Shown piece after piece: positions 37,013-48,966 of a stretch of 64,000 bases of DNA (positions within the stretch are counted from its first letter, which is position 1; each line of letters opens with the position of its first letter). The notes beneath the pieces were generated by a model, which did no database searches, was not told the origin of the DNA, and worked only from the letters and a program-made list of their open reading frames with translations. The stretch is from Salisapilia sapeloensis CBS 127946 (lineage: Eukaryota > Protista > Oomycota). Where the stretch lies: the NCBI GenBank assembly GCA_023334545.1, contig JAADVB010000083.1:3433-67432 (forward strand), read 5' to 3'. The translations under genes and the position numbers were made by a program.

Positions 37013-37458
37013 TTACAACAGCATCTTTTTATTATTGGATTCTTTCGGTTCCTCCGAAGATTCCACAGGTGTCTGCACTTGATCTTGGACGATTGCAGAC
37101 TCTTCCTCTGCATCTTCCTCTGGTGGCAATGCATGTCCAAGTGTCAAAATGGTGTTTTCAAGTGTCTCCACTCTTCGTTCCAACTTAGCCTTCTCTTCCT
37201 TTATCTCCTTGTTCGTTTGACGATGGGCAACGAGCTGCGTAGATAGCGAAAGTGCGAGAAAGGCCATACTGATGTTGAACACATTGTTCCGCTGCTTCTT
37301 GGCATGACCGACAAAGGACGATGGGTACTCTACTTGGCAAATATTAGTATATTCATGTTGGAGCTCTATGTAAAAGTGATTGCACCAGCAGGAGCATCTT
37401 TCGGAGGCTGAGCCTTCGACGAAAAGCGCCGGAGATGACGAGCTGTCCGTAGCATCAT
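37013..37458 (-). CDS. Small predicted mitochondrial single-pass coiled-coil protein
   Basis: Spliced model: MMLRTARHLRRFSSKAQPPKDAPA / EYPSSFVGHAKKQRNNVFNISMAFLALSLSTQLV..EIKEEKAKLERRVETLE. Arg-rich presequence, one TM-like segment, coiled coil. Confidence 0.65.
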
Positions 37459-37867
37459 TTTGGATTCGTGGACTTAAGCGTGAAAATGTGTCCATACAAA
37501 GATACCGTCAAATTATTTTGTTGTGAAAGAAAAGAATAATTCGTACTCGGATGAAAACGATGGCATCAGATACTTCAGCCTAGGCTTGAAGGGTGAATCG
37601 ATGTGTTATCCAAGTAAGAGGTAGATGGTATTTATATATATTTGTAACGTGTTTGATTGATTTGGCTTCTTTGTGATACTTGTGGGAAGTTTCTGGCTTT
37701 TGTATGCGGTAGTAAGTAAAATGATCGACTGGAGGAAATGAGCTGTAGCAACTTGACCCTGTAAATCTTCTGAAACAAAAGTAGCGAGTAGATTCATACC
37801 TGTGCAACCGTGCAATTTTGTGATCTATAGTAGTCCTACCTGTCGCTACGATGTGCCTTTGTGACAA

Positions 37868-40800
37868 CTAACTGACTGTTAATTGCTTGGTGATGGATGT
37901 CAAGTATGCTCGGAAGCGAACACGGCGTTGGAGCTGAAGTAGTGTTGGAGGTAGCTCCTGCCATTCTTTCTCCGGTAGTTTACCATGCAACAAGCCATCA
38001 TGTACAACCACATTATACAGAGCTCTATGGAAAGAGTCACGCACAGGCATGGAAATGCGATTCGAATGTAGTACATCGTACAGGAAATCCCAAACAGCTC
38101 TAGAGCGGTAAACTCCATCTTGCTCCATCACGTAGGAAAGCACACTTTGGACAATGGAATGTGTCATTTGCGAAACATCCATCGACGGACCTGTTGATGA
38201 TATCCAAAGCTCATCACACGCGAAAACTTGTCGAAAGAAATTACAGACAGATTCCCATAGCTCTTGCATCTACCATCATACTGTCAGATAAATCCTTCAC
38301 ATAATTTATCGTATTACCAAAACATACATGATGATCTTTGGATAGGAAAAAGGTACCGAGTCGACAGCAGAGCCAAAGGTGACTCGGTTCATTAGATCCA
38401 TTGCTCTGGCGGAGAGCACCCGGGCAGTCGAGAGTAACTTTCTTTACAAACGTAAAGAACTTGATCAGCTCTGCTGTATGTTGCTCAAGATGCAAATGAA
38501 CGCTACAATGCGCAGTCATGTTCTGCCATCCAGCGTCCAATTGTTCGAGAGGTACGTCACCCAGTCTTCGACGTAAAGAAGTGACGGTGGCATGCAGGAT
38601 ATTAGAAATAGACTCTTTAACATCAGCATCGTTGGCATGGTCATTCAAAAGACTAGGAACAGATTGGATGTAGCAGTCCAGCGTTTCCACAGTCCCTTGC
38701 TCATCATACCATCGCATGCACAGTTCAAGTAACTGCCATCGGTCATGTGATCGTGTGGCACCCATCTTCGGGAGTAAATGGACAAGGAGTTGAACGGTGT
38801 GATTTCGAAAGGAAGCATCTTCTTCATGCGTCTGGATGGCATGCAGCAAGAGCGGATGGAGTTGATCGATAAAGGCAGACGAGACCATCGAAGCTCCTTC
38901 TGTTCCTTCCAGCGCTCTTCCGAAGAGATACAGTGCTTTTCCACATTCCTGGGCACTACCTTGCTGCACACAGGCAGACAGGTGGGATAGAATGGGATCA
39001 CATAGCTGCCAAATCTCTTTCATTTGATACTCCATCGAGAGTTTCAAGACTGTTTGGACGAAATCACCAAGCGAAGATGTTGGTACATCGTCGGGAAGTG
39101 CTGTCCAACATGCAAGTAGCTGTTGCATCAAATCATGACGCTCCACTGCTGATGTATACTTCCTAATCGTCGCTACTTAGTAAGGGGTAGAAGTGGAGAT
39201 GATACAAGAGACGTACAAGATGCTTGGACTGAGTTTGAACAATGCAAAGGATGCGACCGGAAATGATTCATAGAACGTCAGTCCTCTACCCAGCGAGTAG
39301 GCAGTGTTGAGGTAAGCAACTGGTGGCAATGGCAGCAGAGCTGTCACGGAAGTAGCTAGTCTGCAAGTGTTTAATCAGTTGCATGTATTGCTGTTAAGAG
39401 ATTATAGAAGGATACCTTGCAATACCATTGACGATGAGCGGATGAGTAGGTAGTCTTACAGACTCGGAGAGTACATGCTGTAGTAGTTGGATGCCTTCAG
39501 GAGGCTGGCGATGGTATGTACCGTCTTCATCGTCCGAGCTAGAAGTCGAATCGGCTAGCGCAACATCAAAGAGTTCAACACATGCATCTAACAGATACAA
39601 AATGGCATCCACGTCCGCAACTTTAGAGGAGCTAAAGAGCAAGTCTACAAGTCCAGAGACGCATGAAGTGCATCCATTTCCACATCCATCTTGTGGCCAG
39701 TGACCGAATAGACTTAGTATCGTGTCTGCCACCTCTCTTCGTAGCGTCGTGACTGCTTCGACGTCCATATCGTCACTATGGAGTTGATTCGTGTGGATGA
39801 ATGTATCAGGGTATTTGCACTGGAGGATGAGTGTGTGGACGAGTCGAGCGAGTATATCTAGTAGCTCCTGTTGTGTAAAGGTAGCTTGGATATGCTTCCA
39901 TTGCAACCCGTCATGGACACCTGTATCTAGGAAGAAGAACCAAAACTCGAGTGTAGTCTGTGCAGCTTCTACGTCTTCCGATGACGTACAAGCTAGTAGT
40001 AAGTCTATGAAACGATGAGGAAGAAACGAGTCGTCTGTGCGTTGATGTGGCGTGATGATCGCAGGAGAATGGTACAGTCCAAGCGTAGTGGCGACATGAG
40101 ATAGTCCTCGCACGACGGCAGGACTCATAGGTGTCTCGACTACGTTTAAAGCTAGCTGACTAAGTCTTAACGTCGTCGTATCAACGGCTTCGACAGTCTC
40201 ATTGTCGCCAATTCCGTGCTGGGTTACAGTCATTTCGAATGCGTCTGCCAAGATACTCGATGACAACTGCAGGTATATAAGTAGTAAGAGCGCTATTTAA
40301 ACAGGTAGAAGAGGATGGAGACATACCTGAACAAGTTCATCGTCGTCCAACAGCATTGCATCAATGACTTTGTCGATTAAATTTCCTCGTTTTAAATGAC
40401 GAATGTCCAGTCCAAATTGATCATGTGATGGTATACAGCCTACGATCCAACTCTCTAGACAATAGAGTGCATTAAAAGAGTTGCATGGGCTACTTACATA
40501 GATTAATTAGTCGTTTTAAAGAAAAGATTGAATGTCGCTCATACCTAGTCGTAAGAAGCAAGTGAACTCCTTGCAGCACCGTGTCGCATTCGACGCAAAA
40601 ATTCTCAAGTGCATGGTGCATTTCCTCTTGACTCCATGCTCGCTCTTTCGCGACGAGTTCACCTGGAATAGACGCTAGTACATCCATAAACTATTCGCAT
40701 CATGGATATAAGTACACGTAAGCAACGTTAGGAGAAGTATCCACCTACAATGGTCGGACCAGTATCTCGGTTCTCGCTATCTCGAGTTGTGATGAATTGC

Positions 40801-41291
40801 TGTAGCATGCTTTTCCAACTCGTCCATGTCGAGTAGGACTGTACGATCACGTCACCAAGTGCAACACAGGCAATCCGAATCACTGCAGGGGAGAAAGTCG
40901 ACCCACTTGACGTACTTCGCACGTGATTCAGGATCGTGAGCAATGTCTATTATCACGAAATGGTAATAAGATAACGACAAATGCACTCTGTCGACTAGAA
41001 AAACCTGCCAAATACCTTTTGAACCACCTCCTGCTCCTCCAAGCTTATACCTGTCCACGCTTGTGCAATTTTCAACCTTAAAATCTGCATTGCGACGAAG
41101 ATAGCTGCCGGTGGTGATGAATTCGGAGAGCTTATCGCTGTCTCAAGTATCTGCAAAACGGGTCTCCAAGCTTTCTGTTCATGCTGGAACTGCATCAACC
41201 ATTGGTTAGCTGCTTGTTGCTCTATACTGCCGGGTGTGCCATCGAATAGCTGCTGTGCATGCCGGATTAGCGCTGCCACTTCGATCTCCAT
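37868..41291 (-). CDS. Importin-beta family karyopherin (importin-13/transportin-SR-like)
   Basis: EQQAANQWLMQFQHEQKAW..IFVAMQILRLKI (IBN_N); TLEFWFFFLD; LRREVADTIL; HEAT-like helical exons down to ~37870. Internal and 3' boundaries approximate. Confidence 0.75.
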
Positions 41292-41396
41292 GAAGGTTCG
41301 TATGACTTGAAGTGAGTATGCATTTTACGCCACAGAATTCTATCTAAATGTACATAATGCCACTCGAACTTCAACTTGAGACAAAGAAAAGATTAT

Positions 41397-42860
41397 TTAC
41401 TTCTTTTGTTTGCGCTTCTCTCGTTTTCGCCGTTTGCGGTTCTCCTTCTGGCTTTCCGATAGATGTTTTCGCTTCTTACCACTAGTTGCCTCTTTCGACT
41501 GTCCTGTAGTAGAGGTAGAGGCACGTTCGAAGTACGCGACGAAAAATCCGTTCGTCAAATCTTCATGCCCATCCGCTCGCACGACCTTCGCAGCTTCTTC
41601 AGCTGACAGTCCTTCTACTTCCTTCCCACGTCTGGACCACGATTCTAAACAGGGCTGCAGCTTGAAAGGTCTAGTCATGTCCCGATTCGCTGCAGATGAC
41701 AATGCAGCTGCCACCACTTCTTCGTCTTCTTTTGTGAAGATCGAACACGTCGAGTAGGCCACTCGTTCGACTTGAGGAAAGGAAAATGCTTTTAGTAACG
41801 CTTGTAGCTGAAATTGTGCCAATGCTTCCACTCGACTCTCGACTCCATCCGCTTCATACTCTTCCACCCCTTTCGACTTTGAACTGTCTGCACTTGCAAT
41901 GTCAAGTAGATGGTCAAATCGGTTGGTCATGCCAGAGCCAGAGCAGGATGGGTCTAGTAGGATACTTCGAACGTTGGCATACTTTGCGTCATGTACATCG
42001 ATCTCGAGGAAACTTTGCAGACAAGGCTCGACGCGACTCGTTGCACCCGCCTCCTCCATTCTCTGCTCTAGTAGATCTAGTCGCTTTGGGGAGCGATCGA
42101 ATGCAAATACTTTTCTATCCTTATAACTTTCTCCTTTCTGAGCTAGTAGCATGGCTACGTGACTAGTTTTGTTGCCTGGAGCAGCACACGCATCGATCAC
42201 ATCGCCTGCATCATTCAAGTCCGACCTCTCTCCATGCAAAACGAATGCTGGGAAACAACTAGCCTTATCTTGAAGTACTAGTTTACCTGTTTTCACAAGT
42301 GAATGGTCGTGCAAATCTGTACCAGGAGGTAGAACGATGAGGTCTTTGACATGCGCATCGTTTTCGAACGGATAGTCCTGCTTGAATGCACTCAATTCGT
42401 CATCAGAAATCAACAAGGTGTTCACTCGGGCATATCGAGGAAGCTTAGCTCCACCTTGCAGCCCATGGCGATGAGTTTCCGGTAACAATTCTTCCGCTGT
42501 AGCGACTTTGGCCTTGATTTTCATCCGCACCAACGCTTCTCGGAGCGCATTAACATGCTTTGTCAGCTCCTTCTTCACGTATCCACCTCCTTGGATCTTT
42601 TTCTTCTGACCAAACAAGAGATCGTAGAGAGAGATGTACGTGATGGACTCCATAGGCTGTTTCTTCGTCAGTGATTGACAGGCTGGCACAGCTTCCAGCA
42701 CTTGTGCTAGCAATGGCTTATAACGCAGCGTTTCGCATACAAGCTTTAAAGAGCTGCGTTTGTGAGCTACGTCATCACTAAAGGCCAGGCTCTTGAGACC
42801 ACCTTCCCGACGCTCTAGTTTCTGCAAAAGCCCTGCTGCTTCCCGATACAACTCACTCAT
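41397..42860 (-). CDS. NSUN5: rRNA cytosine-C5 methyltransferase NSUN5/Rcm1
   Basis: Intronless. PRYARVNTL; LQDKASCFPA; IDACAAPGNKTSH; ILLDPSCSGSG; VAYSTCSI; GFFVAYFER; basic NLS-like tail. Confidence 0.93.
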   Translation of the reverse strand: MSELYREAAGLLQKLERREGGLKSLAFSDDVAHKRSSLKLVCETLRYKPLLAQVLEAVPACQSLTKKQPMESITYISLYDLLFGQKKKIQGGGYVKKELTKHVNALREALVRMKIKAKVATAEELLPETHRHGLQGGAKLPRYARVNTLLISDDELSAFKQDYPFENDAHVKDLIVLPPGTDLHDHSLVKTGKLVLQDKASCFPAFVLHGERSDLNDAGDVIDACAAPGNKTSHVAMLLAQKGESYKDRKVFAFDRSPKRLDLLEQRMEEAGATSRVEPCLQSFLEIDVHDAKYANVRSILLDPSCSGSGMTNRFDHLLDIASADSSKSKGVEEYEADGVESRVEALAQFQLQALLKAFSFPQVERVAYSTCSIFTKEDEEVVAAALSSAANRDMTRPFKLQPCLESWSRRGKEVEGLSAEEAAKVVRADGHEDLTNGFFVAYFERASTSTTGQSKEATSGKKRKHLSESQKENRKRRKREKRKQKK

Positions 42861-42900
42861 CTCTTGGTGTCGAGTTTAGTTGTCTGAAAGCTGTGTGTAA

Positions 42901-42938
42901 GCCAATCAAATAACTTGAACATGATTTCCAGCCAATCA
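42901..42938 (+). promoter_or_regulatory. Paired CCAAT boxes in a 110-bp bidirectional promoter
   Basis: GCCAATCA at 42901 and 42931 (30 bp apart), between NSUN5 (start 42860, minus) and the ORF starting at 42971 (plus). Confidence 0.6.
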
Positions 42939-42970
42939 ACGCGTGCTAGGCAAAGGCGGACAGCTAAAAT

Positions 42971-44137
42971 ATGGAAGCGGTCGCGCTGAATGAGGAGCTC
43001 CGGACGGCATTCGCGCCGTTGCTACAACCGATGCGAAATGCATCCATGGATAAATTATCAGTAAAGACATCGTCTCTTCGATCTAGAGGGCCAGCGAAAA
43101 TGTCAGAGCAATATCAAGAGCACTGTGGCCTGATGCTACGGCGCTTAAATTCATACGAGTACACGTCCAAGGAAGCATTTTGCAGCGATATAAAGACACT
43201 GCAAGATCTTGATTATGGAGATGTTCAAAAGAAAGAGCTGATTGCAGTTCTCGGTCAAGTTTTGTCGAGTACAGAAAGCAAAATGTCGACCGAGTCAACA
43301 TACTTTCGAGGTATCCAGAAGCTAGGAGATGATAGATATGCGCTCACGCTCCATCTAAATGCTACACCTCTTCAGATTGGTGTATATGAATCCCATGAAG
43401 CTGCTGTAAAGGTCTATGAAGAGTATTTGAGCGAGGTACAATCGACGCCGAATGGTCTGTCCAAGTTCATTCAGCACAGCGAAGAGGTTGCGAGGACTCG
43501 TCAGCAGCAAGATCAGGATATTCTTGACGACGCGGACAATGCATGCTACCCGCAGCTTTCATCCAGTCGCATCCTTTCGGATTTTGTCGCGATCTCTGGC
43601 AAAGAGCATCTATTTCCTCTTCCGTCGGAACCAGTGGAGACGTCACTGCCGATGACCTTCGATCGTTCCGCCGGTTCCTCTGTTTCCTACTCTGACGACG
43701 GACGGAAGAAAAAGCGTAGCTCTAGTCGAAAATCAAAAGACCGTAAAGGCTTCCTCCGTCTGCGTCGCATCATCCAACAGCGTCTATGCCCTCACCTTGT
43801 AGACCAAGAGGTCTGCGTCTTCACTCGTCCGAATGCTCCTCCCGACGCAAATGATAAGGCTGCTTGGAAACCGACAGGACGACTGCAAGACGGCCGAGTC
43901 TTTCACTACAAGACGAAGGAAATGATCACGTTCGCAGAGTTCGTCACTCGCGAGATGGAACGCACGACGTCTGCTTGTCCTCACATCTTCCTTCTTTCGA
44001 CTAAATCAAGCATCGACACCCACTTACACGAATGCGACGCCTTTGGAGCGTACGATCGAGAGCAACTCGCGACTAACTACAAAGACTATCTACAAGAATA
44101 CATGAAGGCACCTCCATCCAAACGTTCGAAGCGTTAA
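42971..44137 (+). CDS. Putative nuclear DNA/chromatin-binding protein (AP2-like domain; bromo-like and RAMA-like segments)
   Basis: Intronless, 388 aa. YFRGIQKLGDDRYALTLHL..IGVYESHEAAVKVYE is AP2-like; basic NLS-like tracts RKKKRSSSRKSKDRK and KRSKR. Confidence 0.7.
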   Translation: MEAVALNEELRTAFAPLLQPMRNASMDKLSVKTSSLRSRGPAKMSEQYQEHCGLMLRRLNSYEYTSKEAFCSDIKTLQDLDYGDVQKKELIAVLGQVLSSTESKMSTESTYFRGIQKLGDDRYALTLHLNATPLQIGVYESHEAAVKVYEEYLSEVQSTPNGLSKFIQHSEEVARTRQQQDQDILDDADNACYPQLSSSRILSDFVAISGKEHLFPLPSEPVETSLPMTFDRSAGSSVSYSDDGRKKKRSSSRKSKDRKGFLRLRRIIQQRLCPHLVDQEVCVFTRPNAPPDANDKAAWKPTGRLQDGRVFHYKTKEMITFAEFVTREMERTTSACPHIFLLSTKSSIDTHLHECDAFGAYDREQLATNYKDYLQEYMKAPPSKRSKR

Positions 44138-44213
44138 TATTACGAAAAGATAAAACATGCACGTAAGAAAAAATGAAATTGATTCCCCTTTAACATGATC
44201 CGTCTCCAGCTTT

Positions 44214-47200
44214 TCACGCAAATTTCTCGCCCGTGACAGGGTCTACATCTAGCTTTCCATTCGTGCAGTTGTAGTGCACGACCTTGCCATCGGGGTAAGC
44301 AGCAAAGACAATGTCGCCAATACGCTTCTTGCAAAAGGTGCACACGGTGTTCGGGTCAATCTCAACGTTCCGACTCAGTCGATCAACGCGTTGGCATTGC
44401 ACCTGAAGATTGTATACGTTCGATAGACTCTTCTTCAGATGTGCCTCACGCACATTATGCGCACTGAACGGCAAGAGCATGGTAAAGTACTCACTCAATT
44501 TGCTCACAGGAGTCGACGGTGGCAAAGCCTGCAGCACCTTGCGTCCATCCATCTCCTTGCCATATTTCGCGAGCAATTGATAAGCAAAATCTAGGAAAGA
44601 AGCTTTCTTCGACTCGTCTGTCGCGTGGAAGAGAAGTTTGACCAGCGCTAGCAGGGCTTCATTGTCGCCAGACGTCGCCTTCTCTCCCGAAGAAGACGTT
44701 CGAGCGCCGTACTTGGCAGCATACCCCTCGGCACCGCGAAGGTCATTTAATTCGTGCACCATCGTTTGCACTGCGTCAGTATGGAAACCTCCTCGACCAC
44801 AGAGGATGACAAACTCATTGTACAAGTGCGTACCTTTTACTTTCTCAAACAACGGACCGACATCGTATCGAGAGTCATTGTCACGAAGGAAACGGATGAG
44901 TCGCTTACGAGCGTCTCCAAGTCCTCCCGTCTCTTTACCAGGATTAGACTTGGATGGCGTCTCGCCACTTTCCACGAGCTTGAGCACTTCATCCAAGTAC
45001 TCCATCGCGAGTGTCGTGTGATGCGGGTCGACGGACGACACAGGCTCCGGCACTAGTTCCTCGTCGTTACCTTCACCCTGCAGGAACGTACTATAGCTGT
45101 CATTTACAGCTGCAGGAGGAGCCGCATTCTCCTCTTTGACATTATCCCGATCGCTCTTAACTAACGTCTCAAGGTATCGCTGGACTATCGTCGGGTCATC
45201 CGAGTGCTGTCGTAAAAACGCAGCAACTGCATTCGGCTGCAACGGCGGCTTCCGATCTGTAAAGATGCGCAGAGCCTGCTTCGGCTGTGTAGCTTTGAGG
45301 ATCCATTCGGCCTGTTCAAACACAAACTCTTCCATGGTCGCAGGAGCAGCGATAAGGACATCAATTGCTGCCTCCACTGCCGTGCGTGGGACGTTTGCTT
45401 GGCGGTATTCACCCGAATGCATCGCAGCATACACATCCATGGCATCCTGCACCAAACCTTGCATAAGCAAGAGCTGTCCGAGCTCATAGTACAAGCGGTT
45501 CTTCTTCAAAAGCTCCTTGCACTCTTCATAGTCGAGCGTCGGGTTCTCCAGATCACTCAAACTGTCCTCCACCAGCGCAATCAACTCTTTCTGACGCTTA
45601 AAGTCGACGTAGAGACGGAAGAGCGCCGTGTCGACAGCTTCGTTCCGACGCGCCTCGCGAGCGCTTGCGCCGCCTTGACCTGGAGTCGAAGAGTCTCTCG
45701 TGCGAGACGAAGTGCGATTACGAGATCGTTGCTCCTTATCCTTCATGTGCCGCCGGTGTTGCGTTAAGAACCTCATCAAGGCCTTTTTACTCGAATTGTA
45801 CAACGCGTCTTCATCCAAGCGTGCAACTTCCGTCGACAAAGCTGTCGTCCGCGTAGTCAGGATTTCATGAATGACAGAGCGAATATCTGGAGCAACACTT
45901 CCGCCACGAGGGAGCACCTCGGGTTTCAAGACGTTCGGTTCAAATGCAAATGAGTCGCATTGATAGTCTGGGAAGAACGCAATGAACTCATTCGGATCCA
46001 TAGCAGACTTGTACATGTGATCGCCGGCGGAATCGAATTCAAGTCTACGTAAGAGCGCAACGGTAGCTTGTCTCTGGAAGCGCTTCATCTTGCTCCGCTG
46101 CTTTTCCGTCGGCATGCTCGTAATCGACTTGCGTACGATTGTCTGAGCTTCATCGATCTGACCAGCGTCTAGTAGCTCTGCGATCTGTTCGTCCATAGGT
46201 GTCTGTTCGACCTTGACTACAGAAGAGTTCTTAGCCGAGTCGCGAATACCTACGATGATCACGTCCTCGGTATCGCCAAAAGGACGAGGCTCCATGTTGT
46301 ACTTCATGCCGTTGCCAAACATGCAGCAGGCACGTGGTAGTGGGATGTTTTGGACGAGCGACTGGTCCTGCATGCTGTGGATCTCGACGCCGACACGAGG
46401 GACGAGACCGACAACGTATGGCTGCGTGTACTCGACATTAGACGGAGACTGGGACCACGTGATCGAGTTCTTGTTTCGAGGTTCTCCCTTCAAGTCGACA
46501 AAGACTCCGACGCGATCCATGACGGAAATAAGCACATCTTCATTCGGCAAGAGCTTGACGGTCGGAAACACTTGAGGGTTTTCGATACCAGCAGCGTTAA
46601 TCGGTTTGCTTTCGCCGCTTTTATCATCAACCAAGTGATAGTCTTTTCGAAGACCAACGACAATCTTGTTCCGGTACCATCCCATAGCCTCTGGAATGTC
46701 CTGTATATTGAATTCACGCAAGTACTTGTACGATTTATCAGTCGCGTGATACTGATAGATCACAATCGCCTTACGCTTAAGCTGTGCGACGCCAACACGA
46801 AAGTGTGGGGGCCCTCGCTGGTTCAGACACATGAGACGAACTTTATGCATATTGACACGAGAGAAATCAAAGTCTAGCGGCTGTAGATCCGTCGCACTGT
46901 GCGCTGTGAGCTCGCCATCGGAAATCACGAGAAGAATACGCACGTGAGGAACGGCGAGTAGCTGCTCAATGGCACAACCATGAGGGAATTTGTACGTAGC
47001 ACCAGGAGTGCTTCCACCATGGCTCTTACGTGTATCGTACATCACGAGCCGACCATCGTTCGAGCCGATGATCACACGTGACGAGTAGTGTGTGAGGCAC
47101 TCGATCCTGCCGTTGAATTCGCTTACGAGCGTCGTGGTGCGGAAGGAGGCACGAGACACAGTGGACGGTCCTTCATATCCGCTGCTAGCGAGACTGTCTT

Positions 47201-47243
47201 TGCCGATGGAGCTGTCGTCACTGATACGGGAGTCCGTCGACAT
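44214..47243 (-). CDS. Vps39/TGFBRAP1 (Vam6) family HOPS/CORVET subunit (CNH, CHCR and C-terminal Zn finger)
   Basis: IECLTHYSSRVIIGSNDG (CNH); WSQSP..YTQPYVV; VDTALFRLY; CTFCKKRIGDIVFAAYPDGKVVHYNC. Likely start MSTDSR at 47243. Confidence 0.88.
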   Translation of the reverse strand: MSTDSRISDDSSIGKDSLASSGYEGPSTVSRASFRTTTLVSEFNGRIECLTHYSSRVIIGSNDGRLVMYDTRKSHGGSTPGATYKFPHGCAIEQLLAVPHVRILLVISDGELTAHSATDLQPLDFDFSRVNMHKVRLMCLNQRGPPHFRVGVAQLKRKAIVIYQYHATDKSYKYLREFNIQDIPEAMGWYRNKIVVGLRKDYHLVDDKSGESKPINAAGIENPQVFPTVKLLPNEDVLISVMDRVGVFVDLKGEPRNKNSITWSQSPSNVEYTQPYVVGLVPRVGVEIHSMQDQSLVQNIPLPRACCMFGNGMKYNMEPRPFGDTEDVIIVGIRDSAKNSSVVKVEQTPMDEQIAELLDAGQIDEAQTIVRKSITSMPTEKQRSKMKRFQRQATVALLRRLEFDSAGDHMYKSAMDPNEFIAFFPDYQCDSFAFEPNVLKPEVLPRGGSVAPDIRSVIHEILTTRTTALSTEVARLDEDALYNSSKKALMRFLTQHRRHMKDKEQRSRNRTSSRTRDSSTPGQGGASAREARRNEAVDTALFRLYVDFKRQKELIALVEDSLSDLENPTLDYEECKELLKKNRLYYELGQLLLMQGLVQDAMDVYAAMHSGEYRQANVPRTAVEAAIDVLIAAPATMEEFVFEQAEWILKATQPKQALRIFTDRKPPLQPNAVAAFLRQHSDDPTIVQRYLETLVKSDRDNVKEENAAPPAAVNDSYSTFLQGEGNDEELVPEPVSSVDPHHTTLAMEYLDEVLKLVESGETPSKSNPGKETGGLGDARKRLIRFLRDNDSRYDVGPLFEKVKGTHLYNEFVILCGRGGFHTDAVQTMVHELNDLRGAEGYAAKYGARTSSSGEKATSGDNEALLALVKLLFHATDESKKASFLDFAYQLLAKYGKEMDGRKVLQALPPSTPVSKLSEYFTMLLPFSAHNVREAHLKKSLSNVYNLQVQCQRVDRLSRNVEIDPNTVCTFCKKRIGDIVFAAYPDGKVVHYNCTNGKLDVDPVTGEKFA

Positions 47244-47492
47244 GATCTCCCCTTTGTTCCGATTGCTAATTAGGAATGACCCCCTGGGCGAGTATTGGTG
47301 GATAATGCAAATAGCGACACCAGATTGGATGAAAAGAAGATTGTTTTGTTGCAACAGACAAAAGACACATCCTAATCGAAGTGAAAATGACGAGTACTCG
47401 AGAGCAGGAAGAAGCGCTCGATGCGTTCCTGCAGAGTTATATAACTGCGTCAGATACTGGTCTACCTTTCGGTATGTTTCCAAAGGATATGC

Positions 47493-48864
47493 ATGGACGG
47501 AATGTCTCTAAATGATGGAGAAATTGTCCGTTTGGTAGATGAAAGCGTTGGACCGACCGCAGCACAGACAGCGTCTTTGATGGATATGCTCGTAACGTCG
47601 TGCGAAGATGCAGCAGAAATGGTAGACAGTATGGATGTGAACGATGTGGCACAAGCGTTGAAAGTAGCTATCGGAGCGACACATGAAAGCGTCTCAGCGG
47701 TCAAACAGCAGATCACGGCAGTGGTGAATGAGCCGAACAAGATTAAAGCGCTGGCAGCAGAGCTACAGGCTTCCGATATTCCCTGGCAGAATTTGCTGGG
47801 TGAAGTATCGCATGGAGCAAATAGGTCAAATTTACTAGAAGACACGCAGTCAGAAAGTCGTCAAAACGATGTCAGCGCTCAAATGACCCCTCACGATACT
47901 TCTGATCAGCTTGTCTTGTACACGCCAGAAGAAGAGAATGTACGTACTGCAATGGTAGTAGCAGGAAAGATGTGTTCTATCGTCGAAACTGCGCTATCCT
48001 CTGTGAGCGACAGTGAAGTAGAGTTGGCAGCTCACCTGTCGCTGGATTTAGCCCAGAGAGCACTCGAGGTATGTTTTCAGTCGTCAAGGATATGCTTCGT
48101 GTTTGTCTTAACCGTACATGCATGATTTTGGGTAGGCTGGGCAGTCTTTCTTCACGTCTTTAGGCGATGAAAATCGACAACGCGCTCGGGACGAACGATC
48201 AGAGCGGATTACGGTTGAAGAAATGCCGGATGACAACGAACGAGCTCAAGATAAGGTTGCATGTGAAAGCAGGCAGAGGCGTAAGAAGAATACTCCGCAG
48301 CTGAAGGAGTGCCTAGATGCAGTCTACGAGTCGATACAGAAGAACGTTGCAGAGCACCCGTTCACTGCTGGCGCTCTTGCCATCCTCGGCTTTCCGTTCA
48401 TCGGACTAGTGGTATAGAATGCCTGTAAAGCTCAGGTTATACACTTGTTCTAACTCAGATTCATCTCAGATTCCAATGGCAAGTGCTATCGGTGCTGCAC
48501 TTCTTCTGGAGAAGCACTTCCCAGAACACTCAGCAATGACCATGGCCATGTGCGCCAATTTCCTCAAGGTACATCCTCTCTATCAGACAATGTGGTACAC
48601 CTGAACCTTTCTATAACTCGGATGTTTTGCATGTAGATGATGAGACTGTGGCTGCTCGTAGTGAAAATATCCGCTCGACAAGCAGGTATCGTCGCGAAAG
48701 AGTCGTTCAAGTCATGGTACGAGTACGCATCCACGCACGGGTTCGTGTCCACAGGCGTGGAACTAGCATCTACAGGCTACAGCATAGGTTGCATAGGTGT
48801 CTCAAAGCTATGCCAATCCACGCTAGATTATGCGACTGGTTCGTCGCATAGAGGAAGTGACTAG
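47493..48864 (+). CDS. Hypothetical protein with C-terminal hydrophobic (TM-like) segments
   Basis: ORF 47493-48125 plus short downstream exons (HPFTAGALAILGFPFIGL; IPMASAIGAALLLE; MRLWLLVVKISARQAG) joinable by GT-AG introns. Confidence 0.55.
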
Positions 48865-48966
48865 ATAGGATTTTATATGGAAATGCTAATTCGTTGAACG
48901 CTACGTGTCTGACAAGTCTTTCCATGTGCTCATACATGGGAAGTGTCGAAAAGGATGATCCCTTCC

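Noticed and set aside
47243-47483. 80-aa N-terminal extension of the Vps39-like ORF
   Set aside because: Reads like intergenic sequence; the downstream ATG at 47243 precedes the CNH domain more plausibly.
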